Shown here piece by piece: positions 60,501 to 64,000 of a stretch of DNA of 64,000 bases. The notes beneath the pieces were generated by a model. It searched no databases, was not told where the DNA came from, and worked only from the letters and a program-made list of their open reading frames with translations. Made by a program: the position numbers and the translations under genes. How positions within the stretch are numbered: position 1 is the stretch's first letter; each line of letters begins with the position of its first letter. The DNA is taken from positions 190,848 through 254,847 of the forward strand of contig NMRA01000514.1 of NCBI GenBank assembly GCA_002633005.1, given 5' to 3'. Source of the DNA: Phoronis australis (taxonomy: Eukaryota > Animalia > Phoronida).

Positions 60501-63475
60501 CACGTCATTCATATTGTGCCCTAAACTGGTGAAATTGTACCCTCCTTACCACGAAGTTGATCTAGTTTCACTCTGTCCTCAAGACTGTTACCACAGGAAA
60601 GTTAATTATAAATAAGTCAATGATATTTTAAACATGTGAAATGAAATCGTATAGAATCAGAAGACGCGTTACTTGTACTTCATAGATTTAGTAGATAGAT
60701 AGAATTACTGTATTATGTATGTAGGTCAACATTCCGTAGGCTGGTGTTTTGAGATCATTTTGATTTTAGTTCTACATGTTTTGTTAAATGCTTTTAAATA
60801 TTGTTTTGATAGTGACTGTTAGCTATCACCGCAATATTTGCAGTGCCATGAGAGTTATGTTGCGCTATAGAACCGTCAGATTTCATGAGTTTGTTTTATA
60901 GTTTCTTTGAATATTCTAAAGGGTCTGTGCTTGCACAATGTTGCCATGAAAATGTCCGGTTTATTTGGGGTTGTGCAGGCTAAAATCAGATGTCAGAGAG
61001 ACCATTGGATTTGTTTACATGATCTTGTGAATTCTCTCCCTGTCACTCTCTCTCTCTCTCTTCACTAGTTGATTCAAGAGCTGTGCAACGTCTTCAAGCT
61101 CGATCTGCCATTTAGGAGAAAGGCTTCATTCTACGGTGCTCTGCAGGGTGAGACAGGGGACATAATTACCCTCTGGCAATAGCCAATCAAACATTATGCA
61201 GCGAAGTTGGCTGACCAATTATGTGTCAGTCAGCGGAGCTGGAAATTTTGTGGTGTGATCAAGCAGAAATCAGTCAGTACAGTTAGATATTAATCAATCA
61301 AAAGTCTGGAACTGTATTGGGGTCACCAATCTCAATATCATTTTCTGATACATTTTATCATATTATAATGTTTTAATTTCTAAACAGTAAGGATTATTTT
61401 ATTCATCCATTTGCAAGTGGTTAACTCTTGCAAAAGGGCAGTTTCTTCCACGGAAAAATTATAAGCCAGGAGTCCATTCCATGTAAACTGACTTAGCTAA
61501 TGATACACAAATTTTAAATTTCAGTCAATTTTAAGATAAAATTTGAATTTGTCTCAAGTCCGTTTCAAGAAAGAGTTCTTAAGTTTCACTTATTAAGTTT
61601 CTAACTTAAGCTCCATCTTAATAATTTTGACTAACTTTCTGAAAGTGGAAGTTTCTAAGTTTGGAATTTGAGACAAGTCTTAGATTTAAGTAAAAAATTT
61701 ACTTAAGTCAGTTTCTTGGAATGGGCAACCTTTACTGTAAGTGTTGTAATTAAGTCGCATCTGAAATGATGTGTTGCTAGCTACAGTGTTTAGAGTGATC
61801 AAAACATCACAACTCTTTATGGTGTCTTCATTGACTTCAGTTGCGTAAGAATTACCATATTACCATCTTAGAAGTGATCGGAATTTTGTCAAGACGACAT
61901 GCACAGCACAAATGATCCTATCAGTGCAGTAAATGTTTTTCAAATATTTGTTCTTTTTGACAAATTGGAGATATTCCGCTACTGTGATGTAAATTGAAGT
62001 GGCTTTATGGGACCTGAGACTAATTAGGTGTCTGCATGCATTATATGAATTTTCTGCTCACAGACTGTTTAGTCATTGACATTGATTGGTCTTCGCTTCA
62101 GACCTGGTGCCCACGACGACCGTCATCAAGACTCCCAAACACAGTTCATGCCTCTACATTTGTCAACACTGCCTGGTGCATCTCGGTGACATTGGTCAGT
62201 AAACATTCTCAGAAGTGCAGTCTCGGGACTAATCCGTGAATAGATTAAGATTTGGGTTTCCAAAACTGAAACACTGAAATGGCCGGGGACCTCTTTAGAC
62301 CAGCATGACAACTGCTGCTGCAGGACGTTCTATAAATAGATGATCTTGACCCGTCCTGTGACATCATTCCCAGAAGAACAACATAAGCAGACACTGAGTG
62401 TTTGTGTGCATTAAGGGTTTCAAGTTTGTTCTTGAATAGATGGTGAACAAATTTGTTTTTTGAATCACTGTTTGTTTTATATTGTACAAAACTTTTGTTG
62501 TTTGGCATTGGTGTTAACATTTAGTCTGACGTTTCTTAAAATATTGTCAGACGGTAACTTTGGTACAAAACCATAATGTGGAAAAGCATTTTACTTAATT
62601 GTTGTACATCTTTCACAAAATATGAGAAAATAAATTTCACGTGCCATATTGTGTCCTAAGTTAGTGACATTTCGCCAAAAGCACTTTCCTAGTATGTAGT
62701 GGTGATGTGGTGAAATGCCCGTTGTCCCTAGATTGCGCCGGGGTACTTGGTGGACAGCATTCTGCTCACTTGTATTGATTTAATGCGATCAGCTCGTCAT
62801 TTAATTGCCATTGCATTACTTTGAGATTTTGAAATGATTAACTCAAAATTCCATGATTCTGAATGAAAGACGATGCATTTTATCCATGTAAACTAGACGC
62901 TTTCTGTTACTGGAATTAGAAATTGAGTCAAGCAAAAGGTGCTTTTGTGCTTTTATAACACTAAAGAGTTGTTTGTTGAAAGCGAATGTTTGATGTACTT
63001 ATTACCAGTGAGTGAAGAGTTTTTTATTCTAAGTTTTGTGAAAAGGTGGAGGTAGTGCAATTATAATGGCCTTCAAAGTGTTGTTGTTAAGACTATGTAA
63101 CATTAATACATCGTTCAACAACTTAACGAGATCTTGTCTGCCTATAGACTTCCAATGTCTTGTATTCTCCTGGGTAAACCGGAGATGTTATAAAATTTTC
63201 AGGTGCATAATTTAAATGATTAGAAAAAGTAACAAATTATGTTGATGAGGTACTCATAAAGCCAATAGTCAATTACAGGGGTTCCGGGATTTGAGAACCA
63301 GTTTCATACCCGTTATTCAGTGGAGGAAACTGGTTCTCAAAATGCAGGACCGCTGTAAGTGACGTTTATCCCATAGATGTTTGGAAAATACTTTTCCTTC
63401 CAGCTCGCTACCGCCAACAGAATGAACAGGCGCAGACCTTCTACAGACACGCTGCCAACCTGGTCCCCTGCAATG
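51539..63475 (+). CDS. SMG7: Nonsense-mediated decay factor SMG7 (EST1C), N-terminal 14-3-3-like/TPR region; continues beyond window
   Basis: Exons 51539-51564, 53678-53709, 56591-56708, 57675-57735, 58591-58662 (copy at 59758-59829), 61069-61147, 62102-62194, 63404-63475 give MSSVAQLLRKADELK...DLEHALDKKVEQDLWNHAFKNQI...LSLFLETASGFYLQLIQELC...YICQHCLVHLGDIARYR...FYRHAANLVPCNG, closely matching my recollection of the vertebrate SMG7 N-terminus. Confidence 0.95.
51717..52433. mobile_element. Approx. 717-bp foldback element in SMG7 intron 1
   Basis: CACAGCCGTCCTCAGCTTCTGAT...ATCAGAAGCTGAGGACGCCTGTG; arms of about 340 bp complementary along whole length. Confidence 0.85.
54060..54139. mobile_element. 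MITE family B copy
   Basis: TA|CTGGGGTCCC...GGGGCCCGTG|TA with same core. Confidence 0.65.
54765..55964 (-). mobile_element. Young Kolobok-type element with THAP zinc-finger ORF start, spanning assembly gap 54934-55528
   Basis: TTAA TSD, approx. 146-bp near-identical TIRs starting AGG(C/T)GAAGGCAACC; minus ORF from 55699 MPHYCCVPGCTN...LHRFP.D..LR..W (THAP). Confidence 0.8.
58185..58338 (+). mobile_element. 3' fragment of a LINE ORF2
   Basis: SNHSLLVERGRHTNIPYENGFCKLC...ENEYDVVLVC..Y, typical non-LTR ORF2 C-terminal motif. Confidence 0.65.
58254..60577. other. Direct duplication around N at 59415 (probable uncollapsed haplotype overlap) including SMG7 exon 5
   Basis: 58254-59414 vs 59416-60577 differ only by scattered SNPs/indels. 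Confidence 0.8.
59160..59276 (-). mobile_element. tRNA-derived SINE head (duplicate at about 60323-60439)
   Basis: Minus strand GGCAGTGTGGCCTAGAGTG (A box) ... GAGTTCGAGTCCC (B box), no clean cloverleaf. Confidence 0.6.
61470..61728. mobile_element. MITE family A copy 4 (diverged)
   Basis: AAACTGACTTAGCTAA...TTAAGTCAGTTTCTTGGAA body. Confidence 0.75.
63276..63355. mobile_element. MITE family B copy (Tc1/mariner-like TA TSD)
   Basis: TA|CAGGGGTTCC...GGACCGCTG|TA. Confidence 0.7.
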
Positions 63476-63642
63476 GTAAGTTGTGTACTAGATGAACCAG
63501 ACGGATTTCAGTTGCGGTCACATTGTGAGTCATCCTAGAACAATTTACTCCTGGTGGAACGAGATGTCACTTGGTTTAGTAGTGGTGTGGATGTCCTTTG
63601 TGCTGGAGCAACTTGGCGTGCGTGAAATGTCTTTGCCCACCT

Positions 63643-64000
63643 TCAGGGCTTGGAATTTTCCGCGGAAACGCGGATGTCTGCTTTTTTCAAATGTTCTGTC
63701 CGCGCATTTTATAATATTTCCACGTAAAAAAAATCGGATTTGATATAAAATTTCCGCGGCAAATTCCTTTCTTACCGCGGCATTGCAGACGACGTTCACT
63801 TTGAAAAGCGGAAGTTGCTCTTTATTTTTCGGAGGAACGTAAATTGTCAACATTGCCGGGGCATCTGGGATAGCGTGGTGGGATTTTTAATGGCGTTTCG
63901 TATTATTGTAAACCGCGGCGACAAATACCACGGCTCTGCAGCCAGAAATGTGTGGGTTGGGAGTGGATGGACGCAGACGCATGCTACTGATGGTGGTAAC
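63643..64000. mobile_element. Probable hAT-like MITE start, runs off window
   Basis: CAGGGCTTGGAATTTTCCGCGG start and repeated CCGCGG subterminal motifs. Confidence 0.4.

Noticed and set aside
62064-62101. Alternative upstream acceptor for SMG7 exon 7 that would frameshift
   Set aside because: Only a CAG after a pyrimidine-rich run; no evidence of use

Overview
Eukaryotic (intron-rich, AT-rich, marine-invertebrate-like) genomic DNA holding three spliced genes and many transposon relics. (1) + strand, 726-31704, 5' end outside the window: a very large secreted-type mosaic protein (about 1,650 codons in the window) built from phase-1 modules: kringle, CxC plus coiled coil, SUEL/rhamnose-binding lectin, poly-Glu, then alternating TSP1 and SUEL domains with one WSC domain, five tandem TSP1 exons, and a basic (SHKHSK)5 tail. 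In total 6 SUEL and 11 TSP1 domains, rhamnospondin-like but much more elaborate. Its first TSP1 exon has an in-frame TGA exactly at a conserved Cys, and two TSP1 exons start with AG|GTAAGA (recursive-splice-like). (2) - strand, 46074-37962: a complete 6-coding-exon gene for an approx. 611-aa protein with signal peptide, 3 MAM domains, Ser/Thr stalk and likely GPI signal. (3) + strand from 51539: first 8 coding exons of the NMD factor SMG7, preceded by a 4-codon uORF. Mobile DNA: inverted Penelope-like pair with hammerhead-like motifs, two Kolobok-type TTAA elements (one P2X7-ballast-like, one THAP), an Academ element, a decayed L1/Tx1 LINE, a Helentron-like element carrying seven CTCF-like motifs, several MITEs/foldbacks and a tRNA-derived SINE. 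Duplications flanking single Ns (10659, 59415) look like assembly artefacts. All calls are by eye, without database searches.
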